NCBI GenBank assembly: GCA_035477775.1 | Contig: DATIKH010000004.1 | Coordinates: 1,009-65,008 of the forward strand | Source: Bacteroidales bacterium | Lineage (GTDB): Bacteria > Bacteroidota > Bacteroidia > Bacteroidales > UBA7960 | Direction of reading: 5' to 3' | DNA: 64,000 nucleotides | Shown: one piece after another, positions 19,913 through 29,210 of the stretch | How positions within the stretch are numbered: position 1 is the first letter of the stretch | Layout: each line of letters starts with the position of its first letter | Made by a program: the position numbers and the translations under genes | Notes under the pieces: generated by a model | The model's database searches: none | Told to the model about the DNA's origin: nothing | The model's input: the letters and a program-made list of their open reading frames with translations, nothing else

Positions 19913-20547
19913 CTCTCGTATTTAAAATGCATTGCAATTCCATATACAATGTGAAGCACTCCGAACCCGAATCCCCAGAACAAAAGGCCATAATCCGGCA
20001 CTGCAGTGGCAACCAGGCCGGTGATGATTACCGAAATGCCCAGAAAACGGATGTCGTTAAGCGTGTATTTACTCGCATTAACCATCGCAAGACCATAGAA
20101 TAACATGGTAGCCGGAGGTACCAGGGCAACCAGGCCCTGCAAAAGGAGTATCATGCAAAAGATTCCACCCATTGCCAGTGGTAACAAAAGATTGCCCAGC
20201 ATGCGCTTTGCTGTGGCATCCCAAAAGGGGAGCCCTGCTTTTTTCGCTTTTCTGCTGGCCAGCCACCCGGCAGCAATCAATGCAATCGCCAGTACAACGG
20301 CAGCACTGCCCAACAACGTTTTAAAAAAACCAGGATTTGGTGCGCCAAATTCATCAGTAGCCAAACGGTAGTATCCAGGTTCGAACAGGGGAATATCAAG
20401 AAAAAAATAAACTGCCGTAACACCTGCTATTGCAGCTAATCCGGCTACAACACCCGAAAGGCCGCTCAGTGACAAAAACCTCGACGACTGTTCCATCAGC
20501 GACCTTATTTCTCGCAATGTTTCCAACTGCTCTTGTTGCTTATTCAT
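19909..20547 (-). CDS. Hypothetical membrane protein
   Basis: ORF 19909..20580, start trimmed to the ATG at 20547 (MNKQQEQ...). About 5 TM helices. Co-oriented with, and overlapping, the regulator gene. Confidence 0.6.
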   Translation of the reverse strand: MNKQQEQLETLREIRSLMEQSSRFLSLSGLSGVVAGLAAIAGVTAVYFFLDIPLFEPGYYRLATDEFGAPNPGFFKTLLGSAAVVLAIALIAAGWLASRKAKKAGLPFWDATAKRMLGNLLLPLAMGGIFCMILLLQGLVALVPPATMLFYGLAMVNASKYTLNDIRFLGISVIITGLVATAVPDYGLLFWGFGFGVLHIVYGIAMHFKYER

Positions 20548-20697
20548 ATTTTTTGTTGTTAAAAGTACTTTGCGGCACAAAGTTAAAAAATATTTTTTTA
20601 CTATTGAAAAAACTTTAAAATTTTTTCGGTTTTATTTGGTGTCGTCAATTAATCCTTTAGTCGGTAGACCAAGTAAATGAACTAAGTTTGCGCTCTT

Positions 20698-21717
20698 TTA
20701 ATACATGAAAGTGGCATCGCCAAATGAGTAGAATCTGAATTTGCGTTCGACGGCAAAAGAATAGGCTTCGCGGATCAGTTCGATACCGGCAAAGGCCGAA
20801 ACCAATACCAGGTGCGATGACCGGGGCAGGTGCAGGTTGGTGATGAACCGGTCTATGACTTTAAACCGGTATCCGGGGGTTATGAAAAGGTTTGTAGTTC
20901 CTGCAAAAGGCATTACCAGCCCGTTGGGAGTTGCAGCCGACTCCAGGGTGCGTACCACATCGGTACCGCAGGCAATTACCTTGCGGCCGCTTTTTTTGGC
21001 CTGATTGATGGTATCGGCTACTTCCTGATTAACCTGAATGATTTCGACAGGCATCTTGTGCATTTCGAGCGATTCGGCCTTGATTGGCCTGAAACTTCCA
21101 AGGCCCATGTGCAACGTGGTGAAAACGATCGTAACGCCTTTAGCTCTCAGGATGTCGAGCAATTGAGGTGTAAAATGAAGGGCAGCCGTAGGAGCAGCTA
21201 CCGACCCTTCTACGCTTGCATACACTGTTTGATACCTCGAAGGGTCGGCCAAAGATTGTTTAATATATGGTGGAAGTGGCACCTGGCCAACTTCATCGAG
21301 GGCAGACCGCACCGCTTCGGGCGAACTGAATGCCACAATTCTTCCACCATCTGGCGTTGTTGCAAGAATCTGAATGGTAACTCCGTTTTGCAGGCTCAAA
21401 ACTGTGCCCACCGGGATTTTCGCGCCTGGCTTTACCAAGGCTTCCCATTGGGCGTTGCCCAGGTCCTTGAGTAAAAACACCTCCGCCTTGCCTCCGCCTG
21501 GTCGCCTGGCAGGAAGCCTAGCAGCAATAACCCTGGTGTTGTTAAGCACCAGAACATCTCCAGGACTGAAAAAGTCAACAATATCTGAAAACCGGCGCTC
21601 CGTTACCGTCCGGTTTTTTCTGTCAATCACCATAAGGCGCGATGAGTCGCGAGGTTCAACCGGAGTTTGGGCAATGAGTTCCTCGGGAAGGTGGTATTCA
21701 AACGTCTTGGTTAGCAC
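20698..21717 (-). CDS. queA: S-adenosylmethionine:tRNA ribosyltransferase-isomerase
   Basis: 339 aa with an N-terminus YHLPEELIAQTP...RDSSRLMV, plus LHFT and typical C-terminal QueA motifs. Confidence 0.93.
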   Translation of the reverse strand: MLTKTFEYHLPEELIAQTPVEPRDSSRLMVIDRKNRTVTERRFSDIVDFFSPGDVLVLNNTRVIAARLPARRPGGGKAEVFLLKDLGNAQWEALVKPGAKIPVGTVLSLQNGVTIQILATTPDGGRIVAFSSPEAVRSALDEVGQVPLPPYIKQSLADPSRYQTVYASVEGSVAAPTAALHFTPQLLDILRAKGVTIVFTTLHMGLGSFRPIKAESLEMHKMPVEIIQVNQEVADTINQAKKSGRKVIACGTDVVRTLESAATPNGLVMPFAGTTNLFITPGYRFKVIDRFITNLHLPRSSHLVLVSAFAGIELIREAYSFAVERKFRFYSFGDATFMY

Positions 21718-21880
21718 TAAAAAACGATTCTATTAAAACAGATATGGCCTTTCGAAATTCAAGGCAGCAAAGGTACGGTTTCTTCCAAACGAAATTTTTG
21801 CTGAATTTCAAAAATTCAGTTCATTTCGACATGAAATAAATTCGCCTGTGCAATTGCCAGCCATTCTGATTTGGGATGAG

Positions 21881-21953
21881 AGCCTCTCACGGGACTCGAA
21901 CCCGCGACCTACGCATTACGAGTGCGTTGCTCTACCAACTGAGCTAAAGAGGC
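21881..21953 (-). tRNA. tRNA-Thr (anticodon CGT)
   Basis: Hand-folded cloverleaf: acceptor GCCTCTT/GAGAGGC, D-arm GCTC-AGTTGGTA-GAGC, anticodon arm ACGCA-CTCGTAA-TGCGT, T-arm GCGGG-TTCGAGT-CCCGT. 73 nt, CCA not encoded. Confidence 0.9.
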
Positions 21954-21978
21954 TTTTTTACCTTTATTCTCATTTTCG

Positions 21979-22004
21979 AAAAAAGGGGACATAAATCCCC
22001 TTTT
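21979..22004 (-). terminator. Rho-independent terminator downstream of the ferritin gene (sequence is bidirectional)
   Basis: Stem aagggga/tcccctt with a 6-nt loop, flanked by A-runs and T-runs on both sides. Confidence 0.6.
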
Positions 22005-22031
22005 CTTAAAAAATATGCTGGTCGCTTCAGG

Positions 22032-22535
22032 TTATGCTTCGCTGCCCTCAGACTGCCGCAGACTCATGATATCGCGGTCGAACAGATACAGGCTGTGGTC
22101 GCCAAGCAGTTTCAGCTTGTCCAGAATGCGCTGAACCGAAGTTTCCTCTTCCAGTTGCTCCTCAACAAACCATTGAATCCAGTGGTGTGTTGTAAAATCC
22201 TTTTCTTCAAGAGCCAAACCAACAATTTCATTTATTGACTTAGTAACCATTTGCTCGTGCTCAAGTGAAGCTTCAAAAATGGCTTTGATATCCTTGAATT
22301 TAGCTGGTGGCTGGTCAACTTTCGAAACCAGGCCATGGCCGCCTCTCTCGTTAATGTATCGCATAAATTTGAGCATGTGCACTCGTTCTTCTTCAGCCTG
22401 AGCATAAAACCACTCGGCAGTACCTTCGAATCCAGTGTGCTCGGCCCAGGTGGCCATGGCAAGGTAAAGCGCAGATGCATAAGCTTCTTTTCCAAGTTGC
22501 GCATTCAAGGCAACTTCCATTTTTTTCGATAGCAT
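22032..22535 (-). CDS. ftn: Non-heme ferritin
   Basis: 167 aa with the ferroxidase-centre pattern (EAYASALYLAM...EEERVHMLKF...LEHEQ). Confidence 0.9.
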   Translation of the reverse strand: MLSKKMEVALNAQLGKEAYASALYLAMATWAEHTGFEGTAEWFYAQAEEERVHMLKFMRYINERGGHGLVSKVDQPPAKFKDIKAIFEASLEHEQMVTKSINEIVGLALEEKDFTTHHWIQWFVEEQLEEETSVQRILDKLKLLGDHSLYLFDRDIMSLRQSEGSEA

Positions 22536-22670
22536 GGTATTGTTTTTTTTGATGAATAAATCAGTTTAACTTTTGTATAACAAATTTAGCCAAAACATGT
22601 TCTCATTGCAAATTGATTCTAAATATTCAGGATTTTGACTAATGGAGCAATTCCGCTAATTTTGCCATTC

Positions 22671-23165
22671 ATGAACGGCGACCCGAATCTTTATAAAGTT
22701 TTATTGACGTTGGATATTTCGTGGAAATATCTCGAACATCCACCTGCTTCAACTGTTGAAGAAGCCGTAAAGTACTGGAAAGACCTGGATGCAACCCATT
22801 GCAAGAACCTTTTTTTCAGGAACCACAAAGGCAACAGGCACTACCTGGTGATTCTCGATCACCGGCACGAACTCAATATCCGCGACCTGGAACAGCGCCT
22901 CGGGCAAGGTAAGCTTACCTTCGCATCGCCCGAAAGGCTCATGAAATATCTAGGCCTGACTCCTGGCTCAGTTACCCCTTTTGGACTGATCAACGACCAT
23001 GAAAAAGAGGTGCATCTTTTTATTGACAAGAAACTGTCATTCAGCAAAAACATTAGTTTTCATCCGTGCATAAACACCGCCTCCCTGGCCATAAAATACA
23101 GCGACTTTCTTAAATTTCTGAATCACTGCGGCAATACGTACGAATATGTGGAGATGTATTGTTAG
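22671..23165 (+). CDS. YbaK/prolyl-tRNA-synthetase-associated (aminoacyl-tRNA deacylase-like) domain protein
   Basis: ORF 22635..23165; the ATG at 22671 is preferred. It contains HPPASTVEEA, CKNLFFRN, LTPGSVTPFG and HP segments typical of the ProX/YbaK family. Confidence 0.75.
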   Translation: MNGDPNLYKVLLTLDISWKYLEHPPASTVEEAVKYWKDLDATHCKNLFFRNHKGNRHYLVILDHRHELNIRDLEQRLGQGKLTFASPERLMKYLGLTPGSVTPFGLINDHEKEVHLFIDKKLSFSKNISFHPCINTASLAIKYSDFLKFLNHCGNTYEYVEMYC

Positions 23166-23170
23166 GTGGT

Positions 23171-23250
23171 GGCAGAGGGCAGAGGGCAGAGGGCAGAGGG
23201 CAGAGGGCAGAGGGCAGAGGGCAGGGGGCAGAGGGCAGAGGGCAGAGGGC
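23171..23250 (+). repeat. Heptanucleotide microsatellite (GGCAGAG) x 11 plus a partial unit
   Basis: Directly readable: 11 tandem 7-nt units with one variant unit (GGCAGGG at 23220). It starts 6 nt after the stop of the YbaK-like gene. Read as GGG-CAGA, it satisfies the G3N4 G-quadruplex pattern many times over. Confidence 0.95.
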
Positions 23251-23391
23251 ACCCTTCGACTTCGCGCAGGGCAAGTGGGGTAGATTTGAGAATGGGTATT
23301 AACCCCAACACTCCAAATCCGAAAGCCGATACTCACGTATTAAATCTTAACATCAACTTTTACCTCGACATTAACCTTAACCTGAATTACT

Positions 23392-23964
23392 ATGGAGCGT
23401 TGCCCCTGGTGCGGAACCGACCCTATGTACGTGAAATATCACGATGAAGAATGGGGTGTACCCGTGTATGATGAGCAAAAGCAATTTGAGTTTTTGGTGC
23501 TCGAATCCATGCAGGCCGGTTTAAGTTGGTACATTGTATTGAAAAAGCGGGAAAATTTCCGAAACGCTTTTGCCGGCTTCGACCCTGCAGAGGTAGCAAA
23601 GTTTGGCGAGGAGAAGGTTGCGGAATTGCTTGCCGACCAGGGAATTATCCGCAACAAAGCCAAAATTCTTGCCGCCATTAATAATGCTGCCAGGTTTCTG
23701 GAAATACAGAACGAGTTTGGAAGTTTTAGCAATTACATCTGGGGATTTGTGAAAAACAAACCGGTAATAAATCAGTTCGGGCTCTTGTCGCAGATACCGG
23801 CCAGCACACCTTTGTCCGACACCATAAGCCGGGACTTAAAAAAACGGGGATTCAAGTTTCTGGGTACCACGGTAGTTTATGCCCATTTGCAGGCTACCGG
23901 CCTGGTGAACGACCATCTTACCACCTGTTTCAGGTGGAACCAACTTGCAAAATGCTATCGGTAA
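23392..23964 (+). CDS. tag: DNA-3-methyladenine glycosylase I
   Basis: 190 aa with an N-terminal RCPWCGTDPMYVKYHDEEWGVP (zinc-binding Tag signature) and an HhH region. Confidence 0.93.
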   Translation: MERCPWCGTDPMYVKYHDEEWGVPVYDEQKQFEFLVLESMQAGLSWYIVLKKRENFRNAFAGFDPAEVAKFGEEKVAELLADQGIIRNKAKILAAINNAARFLEIQNEFGSFSNYIWGFVKNKPVINQFGLLSQIPASTPLSDTISRDLKKRGFKFLGTTVVYAHLQATGLVNDHLTTCFRWNQLAKCYR

Positions 23965-23995
23965 GAAGATTAGCCAATTGGCATGAAAAATCAAC

Positions 23996-25693
23996 TTAAA
24001 CCGTTGATTTTTCTATCTTCGACCAGGTATCCCTAAGGGGCACCGTACGGTTAAAGACCAGTTTACCGGGCCGGCAATCCGGATCAGCCACGTAGTACCC
24101 GTTCCGCTCGAATTGGTAATTCTGTCCAGGTGTAGCACCTGCGACAAATGGCTCTATAAAGGCTTTAACTACTTTCAAAGATTCCGGATTAAGATTGACT
24201 CTGAAGTCCTGACCATCCTCCACTTCCTCCGGCTCAGCCACCTTAAACAGCCGGTCGTAAAGTCGCACTTCTGCCTCGATGGCAGCCTTGGGATAAACCC
24301 AGTGCAGCGTTCCTTTCACCTTTTTTTCGCTGCCCGATCCACTCCGTGTTTCGGGAAAATAGGTACAGTGTATTTCGGTAATTTCGCCATTACTATCCTT
24401 TACCACATAATCGCAGCGGACAATGTAGGCATATTTAAGCCGCACCTCTTCGCCCGGGGCCAGTCTGTGAAATTTCTTAGGAGGTGTTTCCATGAAATCC
24501 TCGCGCTCTATCAAAAGTGTTTTTCCAAAAGGAACCTGTCTCGCTCCGCTTGTGTGGTCTTCAGGATTGATGATTGCGGGCAAATGTTCTACCTGTCCTT
24601 CAGGGTAGTTATCGATTACCAGTTTTACCGGGTTGAAAACGGCCATGGCACGTGGAGCCGTTTTGTTGAGGTCTTCGCGTATGCAGTGTTCGAGCAGTTC
24701 CACCCCGATGATGTTTTCCCGGCGGGCAACACCCACTTTTTCGGCAAACATTCTGAGACTTGCAGGGGTATAACCTCGTCTTCGCAAGCCGCTGATGGTA
24801 GGCATGCGGGGGTCGTTCCAACCGTTTACCAGTCCTTCCTGCACCAGAGTGAGCAATTTTCGTTTGCTCATAACTGTATAACTCAAATTGAGCCGCGCAA
24901 ATTCGATTTGCCGGGGATGTTGGTTGGGCAGGTCGAGATTTGCCAGAAACCAATCGTATAATGGCCGGTGCACTTCAAATTCGAGGGTGCAAATACTGTG
25001 GGTAATTCCCTCCAGGTAGTCGCTCTGGCCATGAGCCCAATCGTACATCGGATAAATACACCATGTATCACCGGTACGGTGATGGTGGGCATGCATGATG
25101 CGGTACATAACCGGGTCGCGCATGTGCATATTGGGCGATGCCATGTCAATTTTAGCCCTTAATGTGTAACGCCCCTCTTTAAACTCGCCCTGGCGCATGC
25201 GTGCGAAAAGGTCGAGACTTTCTGCAACAGGCCGGTTTCGCCAGGGGCTTTCTTTCCCTGCAATGGCAGGAGTTCCGCGATTGGCGCTGATATCTTCGGC
25301 CGACATCTCACAGATATAGGCTTTACCTTTTTTAATCAGGTGTATAGCATAGTCGTACAACTGCTCAAAATAATCTGAAGCATAGTATTCGCGGTCATCC
25401 CAATCGAAGCCAAGCCAGCGAACATCCTCTTTGATGCTGTCAACATATTCCTGTTCTTCCTTGGTGGGGTTGGTGTCGTCGAAGCGAAGGTTGCACTTCC
25501 CGTTGAATTTCTGTGCCAGTCCAAAATTCAGGCAAATACTTTTGGCGTGCCCAATGTGTAAATAACCATTGGGTTCCGGAGGAAAGCGGGTATGCACCCT
25601 GCCTTGGGTTGACTGGTTGCTCAAATCATTTGCAATGATTTGTTCAAGGAAATTTAACGAGGGTCTTTCTTCAGGTGATTCCGGTAAATTCAT
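23996..25693 (-). CDS. glnS: Glutamine--tRNA ligase
   Basis: ORF 23996..25738, start trimmed to the ATG at 25693. It carries class I HIGH ([14 protein letters not shown]), a KMSKS-type motif (VMSKRKL) and GlnRS-specific C-terminal beta-barrels. Confidence 0.95.
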   Translation of the reverse strand: MNLPESPEERPSLNFLEQIIANDLSNQSTQGRVHTRFPPEPNGYLHIGHAKSICLNFGLAQKFNGKCNLRFDDTNPTKEEQEYVDSIKEDVRWLGFDWDDREYYASDYFEQLYDYAIHLIKKGKAYICEMSAEDISANRGTPAIAGKESPWRNRPVAESLDLFARMRQGEFKEGRYTLRAKIDMASPNMHMRDPVMYRIMHAHHHRTGDTWCIYPMYDWAHGQSDYLEGITHSICTLEFEVHRPLYDWFLANLDLPNQHPRQIEFARLNLSYTVMSKRKLLTLVQEGLVNGWNDPRMPTISGLRRRGYTPASLRMFAEKVGVARRENIIGVELLEHCIREDLNKTAPRAMAVFNPVKLVIDNYPEGQVEHLPAIINPEDHTSGARQVPFGKTLLIEREDFMETPPKKFHRLAPGEEVRLKYAYIVRCDYVVKDSNGEITEIHCTYFPETRSGSGSEKKVKGTLHWVYPKAAIEAEVRLYDRLFKVAEPEEVEDGQDFRVNLNPESLKVVKAFIEPFVAGATPGQNYQFERNGYYVADPDCRPGKLVFNRTVPLRDTWSKIEKSTV

Positions 25694-25795
25694 GGTGAAC
25701 AGGATAATTGGTGCGGTTGCAAATTTAACATAAAGCAATTATTTAGTGGCATGTTTCTTACATTTGTACCCTTCGAACCTAATAAAATCAAACCT

Positions 25796-26146
25796 ATGGG
25801 AAAGGTAATTATTGAAGAAATGGAATTTTATGCACATCACGGCTGTTTTTTGGAGGAACAGATTATAGGATCGCGATATTTAGTTAATATTGAATATGAG
25901 TACGATTCTGCCAGGGCTGCTTTGAATGACCAACTTTCGGATGCGGTAAACTACCAGCAATTGTACAAAGTAGTAAAGGCCCAAATGAAACAATCGAGCC
26001 ATTTACTCGAGCATTTAACCCATCGGATTGTTGAAACCATTTACGCTGCCTTTCCCAACATTATCAGCCTTACCGTGCGTGTTTCGAAACTGAATCCTCC
26101 TGTAGGAGGCAAGGTAAAATCGGTGAGTGTGGAACTTACCCGGTAA
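25796..26146 (+). CDS. folB: Dihydroneopterin aldolase
   Basis: ORF 25751..26146; the ATG at 25796 is preferred. It contains FYAHHGCFLEEQIIG...VNYQQLY...LLEHL, typical of FolB. Confidence 0.85.
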   Translation: MGKVIIEEMEFYAHHGCFLEEQIIGSRYLVNIEYEYDSARAALNDQLSDAVNYQQLYKVVKAQMKQSSHLLEHLTHRIVETIYAAFPNIISLTVRVSKLNPPVGGKVKSVSVELTR

Positions 26147-26394
26147 TTTCACCAAATTAGTTTGTTAATCAATTAATTAAGGTTTTCTCGGATTGAGGTT
26201 AAAAAATCTTTGCAAACTGTAAACTTTACGTCTCCGAGCCTTTGCGTGATGTTTTTTCATTCCTGCCTGCCGGCCATTTTTGGTTATAATGTTGTTTACC
26301 CGGTTTTGCAAAAGTTTCTCTTGGGAAGGATTACCGGTTTCAGATCAGTTGGGTTAAAATGCGGGAGTAAGTTTGCATAAATCAATATTTGGAG

Positions 26395-26402
26395 TACTTT
26401 TG
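26395..26402 (+). promoter_or_regulatory. Candidate -7 promoter box (TActTTTG) for tRNA-Cys
   Basis: Matches TAnnTTTG 21 nt upstream of the mature tRNA 5' end. No well-spaced -33 TTTG is present. Confidence 0.3.
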
Positions 26403-26422
26403 CATTGTCGAAAATTAGAAAG

Positions 26423-26493
26423 GGTCTCGTGGCCGAGTGGCTAGGCAGAGGTCTGCAAAACCTCCCACAGCGGTTCGACTCCGCTCGAGACCT
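26423..26493 (+). tRNA. tRNA-Cys (anticodon GCA)
   Basis: Hand-folded: acceptor GGTCTCG/CGAGACC, anticodon arm GAGGT-CTGCAAA-ACCTC, T-arm AGCGG-TTCGACT-CCGCT. 71 nt. Confidence 0.9.
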
Positions 26494-26516
26494 CAAAAAA
26501 ACGATGTTTATGTTAA

Positions 26517-26541
26517 CAGGGCGATAAGCCCTGTTTTTTTT
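26517..26541 (+). terminator. Rho-independent terminator after tRNA-Cys
   Basis: Stem cagggc/gccctg, loop gataa, followed by T8. It abuts the stop of the convergent serpin gene. Confidence 0.7.
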
Positions 26542-26544
26542 AAA

Positions 26545-27801
26545 TTAAAACCTTACCTGCCTGCCGGCGAAAAGGATACTTCCGGTTCTGTTTTCGATAA
26601 TAAAAAACAGAAATGGCCTGTCGGTTTTAAACAATATCGGTGGTTCTTCATCAAAAACTGGCAACGATTTTTGAACCATAACCACTGCGGTTGCTGCAGC
26701 AGCTTCAGTACCCTGTTCGCCAACTTCGATGGCTGCCTGATGTACTATTTTATCAATTTTTAAATCCCTTTTACCGGTCATTCCACTGAAATCTGCACTC
26801 TGAGAAAAGGCTTCCGGCATGCCCATGCCTGCAAGAATCAGGTCAAGGTCAGATTTGGTTTCTATCCTGAAGCGAGGAATCATTACCTGAACATCGCGAT
26901 AGTTCATGTTTTCAAGCGTCCTCCCAAAAACCTCTGCCGAAAGAGTTTTTTGAAATTCAGGCAAAGCAACATTTGTATCGGGAAGTAATATGATCATAGA
27001 GAAGTTTTCACCGGCATAAGGAAGCTTCAATGCCTTGAAAGTATTCTCATCAAAATAAGCATAATCACCCCTGCGAACCATGAAATCTGCTCTTACCCTT
27101 TGTCCGTCAAAATTGGTAAAATACTCCTGTCGGGTCAGGTGTTGATCGAATACATTAAGCCAGTAGCCTTTGAAATGAATTGCATTGGCCAATACCAAAC
27201 GGGTATCTTCGGTCAGTACCCCGGGTGCAATCAAATCAGCAACATTTTCATGGGTTTTTTCAAATGCCCATTGGTTGATCTCTTGCCGAATAGCCTCTCG
27301 ATCGCCTCCAGAAAAATCGGCCTGCTTTACATCAATTTGATAATGTTTTTCAAGAAGGTTGATAAATCTCTTTCTGAAATGGTACCCTTCCTGGAGCCAT
27401 AAGTTATTGGCAATGTTTAATTGAATTCCATCTTTTGCACCGGCAAGGACGGATTGTTGCAACTTGCTGAAACTTCGGTGAAATTTTATTTGTCTAGGGT
27501 AAAAACGCAAAACTTTAGCCATTTCATCTTTGGTAGTTCCTGCTGCACCAGCATAAGCAAGTGCCATTGCTGAGGAAACACTGAATGGTGATAACACGAT
27601 GTTTTCTGAATTTTCATCAAAACTTTTCAATAAGTCAATTGCAAACATATTGTTACGCTGCGAAATGGATAGGTCCAGAGTATGTTGAGTGGGTAAACCT
27701 GCGGGAGTTTTATTTCGTGATAAATTTCGATGGCAAGCCCAACCAATAATCGAAATGGCTATAAATATCAAGAAAAAAATGGTTATTCCGGGTTTTCTCA
27801 T
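26545..27801 (-). CDS. Serpin-family serine protease inhibitor, probable lipoprotein
   Basis: 418 aa with a signal peptide ending IGWAC, a serpin core (SPFSVSSAMALAYAGAAG) and a hinge plus reactive-centre loop (EQGTEAAAATAVVMV..) followed by FKTDRPFLFFI. Confidence 0.88.
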   Translation of the reverse strand: MRKPGITIFFLIFIAISIIGWACHRNLSRNKTPAGLPTQHTLDLSISQRNNMFAIDLLKSFDENSENIVLSPFSVSSAMALAYAGAAGTTKDEMAKVLRFYPRQIKFHRSFSKLQQSVLAGAKDGIQLNIANNLWLQEGYHFRKRFINLLEKHYQIDVKQADFSGGDREAIRQEINQWAFEKTHENVADLIAPGVLTEDTRLVLANAIHFKGYWLNVFDQHLTRQEYFTNFDGQRVRADFMVRRGDYAYFDENTFKALKLPYAGENFSMIILLPDTNVALPEFQKTLSAEVFGRTLENMNYRDVQVMIPRFRIETKSDLDLILAGMGMPEAFSQSADFSGMTGKRDLKIDKIVHQAAIEVGEQGTEAAAATAVVMVQKSLPVFDEEPPILFKTDRPFLFFIIENRTGSILFAGRQVRF

Positions 27802-28291
27802 CCTTATACTGTTTATAGTTAAAACTGGAATGGATCGAAATCATTGTTTAGTCATTGCTGAGGTTATGCAACCTGGTTCCTTTCCTTGTGAAATGCAATG
27901 TTGCACAGTTCCATGAAACCAGATTTCTGAGCGCATCTTCACACAGGCAACAGTTTAAAATTTTGAATTTGTTGTCCAAAATTTGCATCCAAACCGGGTT
28001 ATTTTGTAAACCCAATTGGCTGTAATAGAATAATTTTCAGGTATGATTGCAATATTTCCCCAAAAAAATCATTTAATATACAAATGTAGTGTTAAGAGTT
28101 GTGTAGTACCAGATAATTATCCTCTGGTTTTCTTTTAGTTTCTAAGAAAAATTTTTGTTTAACTTTACATTTCTGAAAACCTTTTTTAAAGGCTTTTACT
28201 CACTGCAAAACTATAGTTTAACTCATTTCTTTGCTTTGATGTAAGTTCGGCACGAAACAGAAAGTCATCTAAAACTTAAAATGTGTTAGTG

Positions 28292-29053
28292 ATGAAACGT
28301 ATAATTATTCTATTTTTTTTCTTTTCTACATTCCTAACAGTTGGATTGTACGGGCAGGCAGTAATTAGGGGGCAAAACGCGAGAGCGCGAAGCAATTCGG
28401 CCGAAAACCTCCGAAAAATTTTGAATATTGGCTACCATGCATGGGATTTTGGTATGACCCTTGGAACTGCCCACTCACTTGCCGATATTGGCGGGACCGG
28501 AATAAATTCGCGGTTTTCATTTTTTGATACCCAGCCCAGGGCAATCGGGTTTCAAGCTGGTGGCTATGTAAGGTATCATTTTAGTGAGTTAATATCGTTA
28601 AAGACAGGGATCAATTATGCCAGGGTTGGTGCTGCTGATTCCTTGTCGCCGGCAAACTCGGGTAGGTTTCCAAGAGGATTTCATTATCGAAACAATCTCC
28701 TTGAAATCTCTCTGGAGTCTGAATTTTATCTTCCCAAAGAATTTCTCAACATTCCGCCCGACCTTTATTTTTTTACCGGATTCCTTATGCTGTTTCATAA
28801 TCCGCAATTAAGAAATGCTGCTGGAGCAATCCTCCCTTCAGAAGTTAGAACCCCGCAGCCGGTAATTCCTTTTGGGATTGGGATCCACTATACTACTCGA
28901 CAAAACTTCAGGTTTGGATTCAGGGTCGGACTGCGAAAGACTTTCTTCGATACCCTTGATGGGCATGCCGCGCCTCAGGGAACAAGAAATGATGCTTATT
29001 TTTTCAACTCATTTTCGGTGGGTTACTTTTTAGTACCTCGCAGAATAAGGTAA
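28292..29053 (+). CDS. Outer-membrane beta-barrel protein (DUF6089-like)
   Basis: ORF 28283..29053 with an ATG at 28292. It has a signal peptide and a C-terminal segment FDTLDG...RNDAYFFNSFSVGYFL shared with the next gene. Confidence 0.65.
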   Translation: MKRIIILFFFFSTFLTVGLYGQAVIRGQNARARSNSAENLRKILNIGYHAWDFGMTLGTAHSLADIGGTGINSRFSFFDTQPRAIGFQAGGYVRYHFSELISLKTGINYARVGAADSLSPANSGRFPRGFHYRNNLLEISLESEFYLPKEFLNIPPDLYFFTGFLMLFHNPQLRNAAGAILPSEVRTPQPVIPFGIGIHYTTRQNFRFGFRVGLRKTFFDTLDGHAAPQGTRNDAYFFNSFSVGYFLVPRRIR

Positions 29054-29210
29054 TTTGAAGCTTTCATAAAGACAATACTCCTTAATCAAATCTCAAAAAC
29101 AGAAATAAGTGTTGCTTGAGGTTGTGATAACCTTTTGTAATCCAATAACATAATCCGCCATATAAACTGCAATATTTGGTTCTTGCCGGGTTCATAAAAA
29201 ATGTGTTCGC

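Noticed and set aside
23037-23447. ORFs 23037..23336 (-) and 23166..23447 (+), with repetitive AEGRGQR and LCPLPSA peptides.
   Set aside because: Both are produced by reading through the (GGCAGAG)n microsatellite. There is no start context or coding signal outside the repeat.
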